The position numbers and the translations under genes are program-made. Shown here piece after piece: positions 21,122 to 31,075 of a stretch of DNA of 64,000 nt (position 1 is its first letter; every line of letters starts with the position of its first letter). Source of the stretch: Flavobacterium sp. (GTDB lineage Bacteria > Bacteroidota > Bacteroidia > Flavobacteriales > Flavobacteriaceae); contig NZ_JBBALR010000004.1 in NCBI RefSeq assembly GCF_040402895.1, positions 90,080 to 154,079 on the forward strand. Reading direction: 5' to 3'. The notes under the pieces were generated by a model. The model saw only the letters and a list, made by a program, of their open reading frames with translations, was not told the origin of the DNA and searched no databases.

Positions 21122-22441
21122 ATGGAATTAAAAGAAAAAATACTATCGTCTTTTATGGCGTTTAAAGAAAAAATTACTGATGTAAACAACCCTTTACATG
21201 ACATTAGGACTTTAGCAATAAAGAACTTTGAAAATAAAGGATTCCCAACTAGAAAGGAAGAAGCATGGAAATATACTTCATTAAATGCCATTTTAAAAAA
21301 TGATTTTAGTGTATTTGCAAAAAAAGACAATGCAGTAGATTTTGCGGATGTAAAAAAATACTTCTTAAATGAAGTGGATACGTATAAACTGGTATTTGTT
21401 GATGGTATATTTAGTTCTCATTTGTCATCCACTACGCACGATGGTTTAGATGTTTGCTTAATGTCTTCGGCTTTAAATAAGCCAAAATACAAAATGTATA
21501 TTGACGAATATTTCAACAAAATTGCGAATTTAGAAGATAGTTTAACTTCATTAAACACCGCTTTTTCTCAAGAAGGGGCATATATAAATATTCCAAAAAG
21601 TAAAGTGGTTGACAAACCTATTGAAATTTTATTTTTTTCAACTGGCTCTGAAGCAGCTTTAATGACGCAACCAAGAAATTTAATTATCGTAGGCGAAAAT
21701 GCACATGTACAAATTGTCGAACGTCATCAGAGTTTAAACAGCAATCCGGTGTTAACCAATTCAGTTACTGAAATATTTTCTCAAAAATACGCTAATGTAG
21801 ATTATTACAAAATTCAAAATGATTTACAAACTGCGAATTTAATTGACAATACATACATAGCTCAAAAACAAGACAGTCATGTTTCGGTTCATACGTTCTC
21901 TTTTGGAGGAAATATTACCAGAAATAATTTAAACTTCTATCATCAAGGCGAACATATCGATTCGACTTTAAAAGGCATTACAATAATTGGAGACAAACAA
22001 CATGTTGATCATTATACTTTAGTGCAACACGCTACACCAAATTGCGAAAGTCATCAAAACTATAAAACTATTTTAGACGGAAGCGCAACTGGTGTTTTTA
22101 ATGGTAAAATTTTCGTAGAAAAAGAAGCACAAAAAACAGATGCGTTTCAGCAAAATAATAATATATTGTTAAGTGATAAAGCGACTATTAATGCGAAACC
22201 TCAATTAGAAATTTTTGCAGATGATGTAAAATGCTCCCATGGTTGCACTATTGGACAGCTAGATGAAAGTGCGATGCTTTACATGCAACAACGTGGAATT
22301 GGCAAGAAAGAAGCCAAAGCATTATTAATGTACGCGTTTACAAGCGAAGTGACTAATAGTGTAAAAATTCCAGAATTAAGAAGTAAAATCGCTCGAATTA
22401 TTGCCGATAAATTAGGAGTAAATATGGGATTTGATTTATAA
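21122..22441 (+). CDS. sufD: Fe-S cluster assembly protein SufD
   Basis: 439 aa. SufB/SufD beta-helix family sequence immediately after sufC. Confidence 0.9.
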   Translation: MELKEKILSSFMAFKEKITDVNNPLHDIRTLAIKNFENKGFPTRKEEAWKYTSLNAILKNDFSVFAKKDNAVDFADVKKYFLNEVDTYKLVFVDGIFSSHLSSTTHDGLDVCLMSSALNKPKYKMYIDEYFNKIANLEDSLTSLNTAFSQEGAYINIPKSKVVDKPIEILFFSTGSEAALMTQPRNLIIVGENAHVQIVERHQSLNSNPVLTNSVTEIFSQKYANVDYYKIQNDLQTANLIDNTYIAQKQDSHVSVHTFSFGGNITRNNLNFYHQGEHIDSTLKGITIIGDKQHVDHYTLVQHATPNCESHQNYKTILDGSATGVFNGKIFVEKEAQKTDAFQQNNNILLSDKATINAKPQLEIFADDVKCSHGCTIGQLDESAMLYMQQRGIGKKEAKALLMYAFTSEVTNSVKIPELRSKIARIIADKLGVNMGFDL

Positions 22442-22462
22442 AAATTATAAATTAGAACAAAT

Positions 22463-22500
22463 AAAAAAAGCGGTTTCAATATTGAAACCGCTTTTTTTTT
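22463..22500. terminator. bidirectional Rho-independent terminator (sufD / glmU-like convergent pair)
   Basis: Perfect 12-bp palindrome AGCGGTTTCAAT|ATTGAAACCGCT flanked by an A7 run and a T9 run. Confidence 0.85.
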
Positions 22501-23671
22501 ACTCTTTTCTGTATTTTTTAGTTTCTTCAAAAACGTGTTCTAAAATTTTAGCGTCTTCCTCTGAAAATTCAACATTTCTTCTTGCCATTACAATTTTAGC
22601 AGTTTCAAACGCTTTTTTGGTTAAATATGTTGTGAAACCACTTGCTCCGCCCCAACTGAAACTGGGCACAAAATTTCTTGGAAATCCTGCTCCAAAAATA
22701 TTAGTACATACCCCAACAACAGTTCCTGTATTAAACATAGTATTTATCCCACATTTACTATGGTCTCCCATCATTAATCCGCAAAATTGTAAACCTGTTT
22801 TAGCAAAATTTTCTGTTTCATAGCTCCATAATTTTACTTCTTCATAGTTGTTTTTTAAGTTACTATTGTTACTGTCTGCACCAATATTACACCATTCACC
22901 TAAAACAGCATTTCCTAAAAAACCATCATGTCCTTTATTAGAATAACCAAACAAAACCGAATTATTCACTTCTCCACCAATAACAGAATGTGGTCCAACA
23001 GTAGTGGCACCATAAACTTTAGTAGCTAATTTTACTCTACCCGATTCGCACAAAGCGAAAGGACCTCGAATAACAGAGCCTTCCATTATTTCAGCATTTT
23101 TACCAATATAAATAGGACCTGTAGATGCATTTAAGGTTACAAATTCTAATTTTGCCCCTTCTTCTATAAAAATATTTTCTGGTGCTATTACGTTTACCGA
23201 TTTAGGAATCGGTTGTGAAAATCGGTCTTGAGTCAACAATTTGAAATCATCATAAATAGCTGCTTCATTTTTTTGAAAAATATCCCAAGTGTTTTCTATT
23301 TTAATGTATTCGTTTGAAAATTCAAGTACTTCAAAACTATCAAAATCGACTTCTTCTCCTTCTTTAGCATAAAAAGCCACAACTTCATCTTCTTGAAAAA
23401 TCGCTTGATGGTGTTCCAAATTCTTAATCATTGCTATCAAAATATCATTTGGTAAAAATGAAGCGTTAATCATCACGTTGTTTTCCATTTCTACCATTGG
23501 CCATTTTTCTGACAAATAGTCTTCTGTAATAGATGTTATGGTAGAACCCAACTGTTTTTCCCATTTTTCACGAATGGTTAAAATTCCAACACGAATATCT
23601 GCAACAGGTCTTGTGAAGGTAAATGGCAACAAAGCATTACGATGGGGTCCATCAAAAAGAATATAGTTCAT
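22499..23671 (-). CDS. GlmU-family sugar-nucleotidyltransferase-like protein with left-handed beta-helix
   Basis: 390 aa. The C-terminal half has hexapeptide-repeat character (GEVNNSVLFGYSNKGHDGFLGNAVLGEWCNIGADSN). Confidence 0.7.
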   Translation of the reverse strand: MNYILFDGPHRNALLPFTFTRPVADIRVGILTIREKWEKQLGSTITSITEDYLSEKWPMVEMENNVMINASFLPNDILIAMIKNLEHHQAIFQEDEVVAFYAKEGEEVDFDSFEVLEFSNEYIKIENTWDIFQKNEAAIYDDFKLLTQDRFSQPIPKSVNVIAPENIFIEEGAKLEFVTLNASTGPIYIGKNAEIMEGSVIRGPFALCESGRVKLATKVYGATTVGPHSVIGGEVNNSVLFGYSNKGHDGFLGNAVLGEWCNIGADSNNSNLKNNYEEVKLWSYETENFAKTGLQFCGLMMGDHSKCGINTMFNTGTVVGVCTNIFGAGFPRNFVPSFSWGGASGFTTYLTKKAFETAKIVMARRNVEFSEEDAKILEHVFEETKKYRKE

Positions 23672-23741
23672 TGAAAAAGTTTAATAGGTTTAATGAAAAC
23701 TTAACGATTCAAATTTACAAAGAAATTTGACTAATAAAAAT

Positions 23742-23767
23742 AAAAAAACCCCGAATACATTCGAGGT
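23742..23767 (-). terminator. Rho-independent terminator of rpmE
   Basis: The minus strand reads CCTCGAA-TGTA-TTCGGGG (one G-U pair) followed by T7. Confidence 0.7.
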
Positions 23768-23791
23768 TTGTTATTATTTAAAAATTTGAAA

Positions 23792-24046
23792 TTATTTTTT
23801 TTCAAATTTAGCATATTTAGTTTTGAATTTATCGATACGACCTGCAGTATCAATAAGTTTAGATTTACCTGTGTAAAAAGGGTGAGACGTTCTAGAAATC
23901 TCCATTTTGAAAACTGGATACTCCACACCTTCGTGCGTGATTGTTTCTTTAGTTTCAACAGTTGATTTTGTGATGAATACATCATCGTTAGACATGTCTT
24001 TAAAAGCGACTAATCTGTAGTTTTCTGGGTGAATTCCTTTTCTCAT
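23792..24046 (-). CDS. rpmE: 50S ribosomal protein L31, type B (non-zinc)
   Basis: 84 aa starting MRKGIHPENY and lacking the CxxC zinc motif. C-terminal HPFYTGK. Confidence 0.93.
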   Translation of the reverse strand: MRKGIHPENYRLVAFKDMSNDDVFITKSTVETKETITHEGVEYPVFKMEISRTSHPFYTGKSKLIDTAGRIDKFKTKYAKFEKK

Positions 24047-24153
24047 TTTGTAAATCTTTAAATGTATGATTATAATTTGTTTCGCGGCTTTTTACAATAA
24101 AAAGGTGTAAACGCCTTATAACCTTTTGTTAATTATGTTTTTATTTTAGGGTG

Positions 24154-24161
24154 CAAATATA
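24154..24161 (-). promoter_or_regulatory. -7 box TATATTTG (context TTATATTTGCACCC) for rpmE
   Basis: Minus strand reads TATATTTG. The same 14-mer context recurs upstream of tRNA-His. Confidence 0.55.
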
Positions 24162-24439
24162 ATACTATTACCCAATACTGCAAACAAAATACCATTATTT
24201 TTTATTTTGAAATCGCTTTGACTAAAAATCTGATACTAAAAGATTTATTACTTAAGAAAAATCTATGTAATTTTGTATCCGATTTGCGTGAGTGATTACT
24301 TTACATTGATTTTATTTTCATCGGAGTTCAGTGAATTTCGTTTGGAGTTGAAATCCTTTTTTTGTGGCTTTTTTCAAGACATAAAAAAAGATAGTAACGG
24401 ATAGCACGTCCTGAAAGGGCACGCCCATAGAAAACAAGT

Positions 24440-25768
24440 ATGTCTGATAGAAAAAAAGTAGCGTTTTATACACTAGGTTGTAAACTGAATTTTTCGGAAA
24501 CCTCAACAATTGCCAGAAACTTCAATGACGAAGGTTATGACAGAGTAGATTTTGAAGAAATAGCAGATATTTACGTAATCAACACGTGTTCGGTAACAGA
24601 AAATGCCGATAAGCAGTTTAAACAAGTGGTAAAAAAAGCGATGAAACTTAATGACAAAGCTTTTGTTGCCGCCGTAGGTTGTTATGCGCAACTGAAACCA
24701 GAAGAATTAGCCGCTGTGGATGGTGTAGATTTGGTTTTAGGTGCGACAGAAAAATTTAAAATCACAGATTACATTAACGACCTATCCAAAAATGATATGG
24801 GCGAAGTACACAGTTGCGAAATTGAAGAAGCCGATTTTTATGTAGGCAGTTATTCAATTGGCGACAGAACACGTGCTTTTCTAAAAGTGCAAGATGGTTG
24901 CGATTATAAATGTACCTATTGTACAATTCCTTTAGCACGTGGAATTTCGAGAAGTGATGCATTGGAAAATGTATTGAAAAATGCCAAAGAAATTTCAGAG
25001 CAAAACATAAAAGAAATTGTATTAACAGGTGTAAACATTGGCGATTACGGTAAAGGCGAATTTGGTAACAAAAAACACGAACATACGTTTTTAGAATTAG
25101 TACAAGAATTAGACCAAGTGGAAGGCATTGAAAGATTAAGAATTTCAAGTATTGAGCCTAATTTACTAAAAAACGAAACCATAGAATTTGTAAGTAAAAG
25201 TAGAACATTTGTGCCACATTTTCATATTCCCTTACAAAGTGGTAGCAATGAAATTTTAGGAAAAATGAAGCGTCGTTACCAACGTGAAATTTATACGGAA
25301 CGCGTAAATAAAATTAAAGAAGTAATGCCACACGCGTGTATTGGTGTGGATGTAATTGTTGGATTTCCTGGTGAAACCGACGAACACTTTTTAGAGACTT
25401 ACAATTATTTAAATGAAATGAACATTTCGTATTTGCACGTGTTTACTTACAGTGAGCGCGACAATACGGAAGCCGCAAATATGCCAGGCGTTGTGCCAGC
25501 CAATGTAAGAAGCAAACGAAGTAAAATGCTTCGCGGACTATCCGTAAAAAAACGAAGAGCGTTTTATGAAAGTCAAATTGGAACAACGCGTTCGGTTTTA
25601 TTTGAAAACGAAAATAAAGAAGGGTATATTACAGGTTTTACCGAAAACTACGTAAAAGTAAAAACGCCTTGGAACCCAGAATTAGCGAATACTTTACACG
25701 AAATTACACTTACAAAAATTGACGATGATGGTTTAGTAAGATTGGAATTTGTGAATGTGCCAGTTTAA
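24440..25768 (+). CDS. mtaB: tRNA (N6-threonylcarbamoyl/isopentenyl-A37) methylthiotransferase MtaB
   Basis: MTTase N-domain (FYTLGCKLN), radical SAM CDYKCTYC, C-terminal TRAM-like region. Confidence 0.88.
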   Translation: MSDRKKVAFYTLGCKLNFSETSTIARNFNDEGYDRVDFEEIADIYVINTCSVTENADKQFKQVVKKAMKLNDKAFVAAVGCYAQLKPEELAAVDGVDLVLGATEKFKITDYINDLSKNDMGEVHSCEIEEADFYVGSYSIGDRTRAFLKVQDGCDYKCTYCTIPLARGISRSDALENVLKNAKEISEQNIKEIVLTGVNIGDYGKGEFGNKKHEHTFLELVQELDQVEGIERLRISSIEPNLLKNETIEFVSKSRTFVPHFHIPLQSGSNEILGKMKRRYQREIYTERVNKIKEVMPHACIGVDVIVGFPGETDEHFLETYNYLNEMNISYLHVFTYSERDNTEAANMPGVVPANVRSKRSKMLRGLSVKKRRAFYESQIGTTRSVLFENENKEGYITGFTENYVKVKTPWNPELANTLHEITLTKIDDDGLVRLEFVNVPV

Positions 25769-27936
25769 AGTACTAACAAACCTGAATTTCGCAATAAAAT
25801 TATTTGTTTTGAAAACCAAAACAATTCAAAATCTTCAAACTGAGATTCAAAGTCTAATTTGACATCTTTTAATAATATGGGATGATCTGAAAGTAATTTT
25901 ATGGTTTTTACTAACCAATTTGCATGGTCTTTTTCAAGTGAGATTTCAAGTGTTTCCGTTTTAAAATGAAACGACAGCTTAGCCATTTCCCAAGTAGCAC
26001 CTTTTTTAGATTTAGTAAAATAATCCACAATAGGTAAATTACCTATCCAAATGATTTTAGAAGTTGGTTTTAACGAAAAATCTGTAGTTTCAAAAATGGC
26101 ATTTTCTATGAAATCTGGTGATATCTTAGTGTTTGGAATCTTAAAATCAAACCACTCTTGCAAATCATAATCGAAACACATGCCGTGCATATAATTGAAT
26201 AACGATTTTTTTAATCCAAAACTAAACTTATCGTGATTGATTCCTGTTTTATCCTTAAACTGGATGTCGTTATTTGCAAAAGTAATTTCATTTTGTTGTG
26301 GAATTACGCCAAATTCGTCTGGATTCAATCCTACTGGAGAATGTGCCGTCATAGCAAATTGATGCCAAAAACCAGATTGAATAACACCTATTTGAAATAA
26401 TTGTCGCACCATTTCTAAACTATCTACGGTTTCTTGAATAGTCTGAGTAGGATACCCGTACATCAAATATGCATGAACCATAATTCCAGCTTCGGTAAAA
26501 TAATTCGTGACTTTAGCTACTTGTTCCACCGTTACGCCTTTTTTTATTAATTCTAACAATCTATCCGAAGCTACTTCTAATCCACCAGAAACCGCAATAC
26601 AGCCCGAAGCTTTTAGCAATACACATAAATCTTTCGTAAAACTTTTTTCGAAGCGAATATTTGTCCACCAAGAAACCACCAATTTACGTTTAAGAATTTC
26701 CAAAGCCACTTCACGCATTAAAGCTGGTGGTGCCGCTTCGTCTACAAAATGAAAACCTGTTTCGCCAGTTTGAAGAATCAATTCTTCCATCCTATCGACA
26801 AGTATTTTTGCTGCAATAGGTTCATAAATTTTTATATAATCTAACGAAACATCACAAAACGTACATTTTCCCCAATAACAGCCGTGCGCCATTGTAAGTT
26901 TGTTCCAACGACCATCGCTCCATAAACTATGCATTGGATTGGCCATTTCAATTACAGAAATATATTTATCCAAAAATAAATCTGAATAATCTGGTGTACC
27001 AACATCTGATTGCTTGTAGTCTGATTTTGTAGTGTTATTTTTATAAACAACTTCCTTATTTTCTAATAAAAAAGTACGTTTAAATTCATTGGAATTTGGG
27101 TTTTGAATGTTGGAAATTAAAAGCTCCACTGGCAATTCGCCATCATCAAGCGTAATAAAATCGAAAAACTCAAACACTCTTTTGTCCTTTAGACTTCTTA
27201 ATTCTGTATTTGGAAAACCACCACCCATAGCAATTTTGACTAATGGAAAATGTATTTTAATATATTGTGCACATCGGAAAGCGCTATATAAATTTCCTGG
27301 GAAAGGCACCGATAGTAATACTAAATTCGGTTGAATTTCTCTAACTCTTTCCTCTAAAATTTTAAGTGTAATTTTGTCAATATGAGTGATTTCCTTTGAA
27401 AGTTCAGCATACATTTCATCAAAAGAATTGGCACTTCTTCCCAATCGTTCAGCATAGCGACTAAATCCGAAATTTTCATCTACGCATTCCACAATAAAAT
27501 CAGAAATATCTTCTAAATACAAAGTAGCTAAATGTTTTGCTTTGTCTTGCATACCCATATTCCCAAAAGCCCATTCCATGTCGTCTAACTGATTGAAACG
27601 AGACGCTTCTGGTAAAAAATTACCACTACATATTTGACGTGCTAACGTTGGATTCTTTCCTTGTAGAAAAGCAATTACCGCGTCAATTGTTGCAATATAA
27701 ACATCCCAAAGCGAAAAAATTCTTTGCGAGTTTTCAGAGAAATGGGCAATTTCACCGTCAGGAATTAAGTCACTTAAACCCTTTTTTGAAAACAATTCTA
27801 CGATCACTTCGATACCTAAATCCATTTGAAAAGCGGAAATATTTTTCGTGTTTAGAAACCCTTTGATATAAGCCGTTGCGGGATATGGCGTATTCAATTG
27901 TGTAAAAGGAGGCGTGATTAAAAGAAGGTCTGACAA
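25765..27936 (-). CDS. B12-binding-domain-like radical SAM protein, function unknown
   Basis: 723 aa. N-terminal LLLITPPFTQLNTPYPATAYIKGFL (B12-like domain). Cys cluster GCYWGKCTFCD. Converges on mtaB with a 4-nt overlap at the stop codons. Confidence 0.8.
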   Translation of the reverse strand: MSDLLLITPPFTQLNTPYPATAYIKGFLNTKNISAFQMDLGIEVIVELFSKKGLSDLIPDGEIAHFSENSQRIFSLWDVYIATIDAVIAFLQGKNPTLARQICSGNFLPEASRFNQLDDMEWAFGNMGMQDKAKHLATLYLEDISDFIVECVDENFGFSRYAERLGRSANSFDEMYAELSKEITHIDKITLKILEERVREIQPNLVLLSVPFPGNLYSAFRCAQYIKIHFPLVKIAMGGGFPNTELRSLKDKRVFEFFDFITLDDGELPVELLISNIQNPNSNEFKRTFLLENKEVVYKNNTTKSDYKQSDVGTPDYSDLFLDKYISVIEMANPMHSLWSDGRWNKLTMAHGCYWGKCTFCDVSLDYIKIYEPIAAKILVDRMEELILQTGETGFHFVDEAAPPALMREVALEILKRKLVVSWWTNIRFEKSFTKDLCVLLKASGCIAVSGGLEVASDRLLELIKKGVTVEQVAKVTNYFTEAGIMVHAYLMYGYPTQTIQETVDSLEMVRQLFQIGVIQSGFWHQFAMTAHSPVGLNPDEFGVIPQQNEITFANNDIQFKDKTGINHDKFSFGLKKSLFNYMHGMCFDYDLQEWFDFKIPNTKISPDFIENAIFETTDFSLKPTSKIIWIGNLPIVDYFTKSKKGATWEMAKLSFHFKTETLEISLEKDHANWLVKTIKLLSDHPILLKDVKLDFESQFEDFELFWFSKQIILLRNSGLLVL

Positions 27937-27988
27937 AGTGAAATGTTTTTACAAAGATAAAAATTAATTGTAGATGACGAAAAATGAT

Positions 27989-27996
27989 TATTTTTG
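27989..27996 (+). promoter_or_regulatory. -7 box TATTTTTG upstream of bshC
   Basis: Matches TAnnTTTG. It lies inside the ORF-track N-terminal extension, which argues for the ATG at 28008. Confidence 0.45.
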
Positions 27997-28007
27997 TAAA
28001 AAAAATT

Positions 28008-29588
28008 ATGCCAACAGATTGTATTTCATATCAAAAATCGGGTTATTTTCCTAAATTAATTGAAGATTATATTGATGAAAAACCAGAAATACAAGCGCTG
28101 TATCATCGTTTTCCCACATTAGAGAATTTTGGTGCTCAAATAGATGAAAAAGCTAAGAATTTTAGCATAGAAAATCGATTAATATTAGTAGAAGCATTAA
28201 ACAATCAAAATAAAAACTTCCCAATTTCACAAGTAACCCATGCTAATATTGAATTACTAAAATCGGAAAAAACCTTTACTATTACTACTGGTCATCAATT
28301 AAATTTATTTTTAGGTCCGGTTTATTTTATCTATAAAATTGCTTCCACTATTAATTTATGTAAACAATTAAAACAAAACTATTCGGAGTACAATTTTGTT
28401 CCAATATATTGGATGGCTTCTGAAGATCATGATTTTGAAGAAATAAATCATTTTGATTTGAATAACCAAAAAATTAAATGGGAAAAAGATAGTTTTGGAC
28501 CTGTTGGTAGATTATCAACTGAAGGTTTAGATGCTGTTTGTAAAGAATTTGGAGAACTAATTGGGTTGGGTTCAACTGCTGAATATCTAAAAAACCTATT
28601 CGAAAAAACCTATTTAGAGCATCCTAATTTAGCGGATGCTACTCGTTTTTTAGCCAATGAACTTTTTAAATCCGAAGGTTTAGTAATTATTGATGGAGAT
28701 GATAAAAATCTGAAATCACTTTTCGTACCATATATTAAAGACGAGTTACTTCTTCAGAATTCATTCGCAACAGTTTCGAAAACAATTACACAATTAAAAG
28801 GATATGAAGTTCAAGTAAATCCAAGAGAAATAAACCTTTTTTACATAGAAGACACGTTACGGGAACGAATTATTTTTGAAAACAATATTTATAAAGTTAA
28901 CCATACGGAAATTCAATTTACTGAATCAGAAATTATTAAATTAATTAATGATTCACCGGAAAAATTTAGTCCAAACGTCATATTAAGACCTTTATATCAA
29001 GAAGTTATTTTACCGAATTTAGCATATATTGGAGGTGGTGGCGAAATAGCGTATTGGTTAGAATTGAAAAATAATTTTGAAACTCAAAAGGTTATATTTC
29101 CTATTTTAATACTACGAAATTCATTTGTAATTGCAACGAAAAAGCAGGTATTAAAAATGAAAAAATTAGAAATTTCCTTTCCAGAATTATTTCTCAAGCA
29201 ACACGAATTAGTAAATCAAAAAACCAAAGAATTTTCGAATATTAAAATTGATTTTTCGGAACAAAAAGAAACGATAAGAAAACAGTTTTCTGAAATATTA
29301 AAAATCGCTGAACAAACTGATAAATCGTTTATTGGTGCCGTTAAAGCACAAGAAAAGAAGCAATTAAAAGGATTAGAAAACTTAGAAAAGCGTTTGTTAA
29401 AAGCTGAAAAACGAGTGCATTCTGAAAAACTGGAACGCATATCCGAAATACAAAACCAATTATTTCAAAATGGAAAATTACAAGAACGGAAAAGTAATTT
29501 TAGTGCGTTTTATTCTGACCAATTTGTAAATGAAATTATTTCTCAATCTAATCCATTAGAAACACAATTCAAGTTAATTTCTATATAA
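28008..29588 (+). CDS. bshC: bacillithiol biosynthesis cysteine-adding enzyme BshC
   Basis: About 526 aa from MPTDCISYQKSGYF, with the size and N-terminus typical of BshC. bshB1 is also present in the window. Confidence 0.82.
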   Translation: MPTDCISYQKSGYFPKLIEDYIDEKPEIQALYHRFPTLENFGAQIDEKAKNFSIENRLILVEALNNQNKNFPISQVTHANIELLKSEKTFTITTGHQLNLFLGPVYFIYKIASTINLCKQLKQNYSEYNFVPIYWMASEDHDFEEINHFDLNNQKIKWEKDSFGPVGRLSTEGLDAVCKEFGELIGLGSTAEYLKNLFEKTYLEHPNLADATRFLANELFKSEGLVIIDGDDKNLKSLFVPYIKDELLLQNSFATVSKTITQLKGYEVQVNPREINLFYIEDTLRERIIFENNIYKVNHTEIQFTESEIIKLINDSPEKFSPNVILRPLYQEVILPNLAYIGGGGEIAYWLELKNNFETQKVIFPILILRNSFVIATKKQVLKMKKLEISFPELFLKQHELVNQKTKEFSNIKIDFSEQKETIRKQFSEILKIAEQTDKSFIGAVKAQEKKQLKGLENLEKRLLKAEKRVHSEKLERISEIQNQLFQNGKLQERKSNFSAFYSDQFVNEIISQSNPLETQFKLISI

Positions 29589-29636
29589 AACTCTTTTGAT
29601 TTACCAAAAACACTTTTATGGTTTAGAATTAAATAG

Positions 29637-29644
29637 TACATTTG
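29637..29644 (+). promoter_or_regulatory. -7 box TACATTTG upstream of ndk
   Basis: Matches TAnnTTTG. The ORF-track TTG start (29642) is the TTG of this box. Confidence 0.5.
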
Positions 29645-29662
29645 CAAAAAAAATTAAGAAAA

Positions 29663-30082
29663 ATGGCTACAAATAGAACATTTACAATGATTAAACCAGA
29701 TGGCGTGGAAAACGGACATATTGGTGGAATTTTAAACATGATTACAGAAGGCGGTTTCAAAATCGTTTCTATGAAATTAACGCAATTAACTGTAGCGGAT
29801 GCTCAGAAATTTTATGCGGTGCACTCAGAAAGACCTTTCTTTGGTGAATTAGTTGAATTTATGACTCGTGGACCAATTGTTGCTGCAATTTTAGAAAAAG
29901 ATAATGCAGTTGAAGATTTTAGAGCCTTAATTGGTGCTACAAATCCAGTAGATGCAGCTGAAGGAACAATCCGTAAAAAATATGCTACTTCAATTGGAGA
30001 AAATGCCGTACACGGCTCTGATTCAGATGAAAATGCTGCTATCGAAGGTGCTTTCCATTTTGCTGGTAGAGAGCAATTCTAA
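29663..30082 (+). CDS. ndk: nucleoside-diphosphate kinase
   Basis: 139 aa from [14 protein letters not shown]. Active-site NAVHGSDS. Confidence 0.95.
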   Translation: MATNRTFTMIKPDGVENGHIGGILNMITEGGFKIVSMKLTQLTVADAQKFYAVHSERPFFGELVEFMTRGPIVAAILEKDNAVEDFRALIGATNPVDAAEGTIRKKYATSIGENAVHGSDSDENAAIEGAFHFAGREQF

Positions 30083-30093
30083 AAATAGAAAAA

Positions 30094-30141
30094 GGTATAA
30101 AAAAAGGTGATTTGAAATTTCAAAACACCTTTTTTTATACC
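30094..30141. terminator. long bidirectional hairpin between ndk and the DUF721 gene
   Basis: 16-bp perfect arms GGTATAAAAAAAGGTG / CACCTTTTTTTATACC around an inner near-palindrome. Confidence 0.7.
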
Positions 30142-30172
30142 TTAAACCTAAGACCTTATGCCCTTAACCATT

Positions 30173-30466
30173 TCACCTAAAGACTATATCTTTAATTAAA
30201 TCTTTGCCTAGTTCTTCGTTTAGCATTTTTATAATTTTGGATTTTCCGTATTCTAACTCTTGTTTTACAACAGAAGAATTTAACTTTACGTACAAAGTCT
30301 GTCTTTTTAATTCAATTTGTTCCGTATAATTTTTAAAAGCCGGACCCATCATTTTATACCATGTTTCTTTAACATTTATAACATCCAAACCTGCTTCAAG
30401 CTTCGTGGATTTCATAAACTCTTTCATTACATCACCAATAGAAAAATCGTCATTAAATCGTTTCAT
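30173..30466 (-). CDS. DUF721 (DciA-like) domain protein
   Basis: 97 aa. Size and sequence pattern (TWYKMMGPAFKNYTEQIELKRQTLYVKLNSSVVKQEL) are typical of DUF721. Confidence 0.7.
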   Translation of the reverse strand: MKRFNDDFSIGDVMKEFMKSTKLEAGLDVINVKETWYKMMGPAFKNYTEQIELKRQTLYVKLNSSVVKQELEYGKSKIIKMLNEELGKDLIKDIVFR

Positions 30467-30468
30467 TT

Positions 30469-30891
30469 TTATTTTCTTTTATCGTAAGGTATAAATTTCT
30501 TGTAATAATACGTAATTTTAGTTTCATTTTCTAAAACTAGTTCGTCTTCAGATACCGAAACAACTTTTTCTTCCCATTTGGTAAATTTAGATTTCGTTTT
30601 CAAAAAAAAACAACCTGCACTATCTATAACCCTAATTTTATCCTTTAATACACCACTTAAAAAAGTACCATCAAGTTGCGGCGCTACTTTCTGACGAATT
30701 CCCTTTAAGTTATTTAAAGAAATATAATCAATAAATTCATTTACTTGATAGGCTTTTTTATTTCCATCTGGAAAGACTACTTTCTCAATTTCCCAATAGC
30801 CGTTTAATTGTGTTATTTCTTCTTTAGTTGGTTTTGAATTACAGGAAATTAAAACTACAGAAAGCAGTGCAGAGTAAAAATAATTTTTCAT
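30469..30891 (-). CDS. lipocalin-like lipoprotein
   Basis: Lipobox LISC. NGYWEIEKV motif near the N-terminus. 140 aa. Confidence 0.55.
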   Translation of the reverse strand: MKNYFYSALLSVVLISCNSKPTKEEITQLNGYWEIEKVVFPDGNKKAYQVNEFIDYISLNNLKGIRQKVAPQLDGTFLSGVLKDKIRVIDSAGCFFLKTKSKFTKWEEKVVSVSEDELVLENETKITYYYKKFIPYDKRK

Positions 30892-30977
30892 TTATAGAAG
30901 TGTTTATTGATGTAAATGTACAAATATTTTTATCCAATAAAAAAATGAAAATCATTTTGAGGATTAAAAATAAAGAC

Positions 30978-30985
30978 TATATTTG
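30978..30985 (+). promoter_or_regulatory. -7 box TATATTTG for tRNA-Pro
   Basis: Matches TAnnTTTG, ending 12 nt before the mature tRNA 5' end. Confidence 0.55.
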
Positions 30986-30997
30986 CACTCGCATTCA

Positions 30998-31072
30998 CGG
31001 GGTGTAGCGTAGCCCGGTTATCGCGCCTGCTTTGGGAGCAGGAGGCCGCAGGTTCGAATCCTGCCACCCCGA
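30998..31072 (+). tRNA. tRNA-Pro (anticodon UGG)
   Basis: Hand-folded cloverleaf: acceptor CGGGGTG/CACCCCG, anticodon stem CCTGC/GCAGG, loop TTTGGGA, T-arm GCAGG-TTCGAAT-CCTGC. 75 nt, no encoded CCA. Confidence 0.9.
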
Positions 31073-31075
31073 CAA

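Noticed and set aside
22441-22500. Absence of sufS/sufE after sufD, as a possible truncated suf operon.
   Set aside because: A strong terminator follows sufD, and the cysteine desulfurase may be encoded elsewhere. This cannot be evaluated from one window.
22279-22823. ORFs 22279-22530 (-) and 22431-22823 (+) around the sufD end.
   Set aside because: They run through the perfect bidirectional terminator at 22463-22500 and overlap sufD or the glmU-like gene. They have no motifs.
23731-23985. ORFs 23731-23985 (-) and 23768-23965 (+) overlapping rpmE.
   Set aside because: These are alternative frames of the clearly recognisable L31 type B gene (23792-24046).
24318-25148. ORFs 24318-24509, 24503-24691 and 24774-25148 on the minus strand.
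   Set aside because: They are antisense to mtaB or to its leader, with no motifs and implausible composition.
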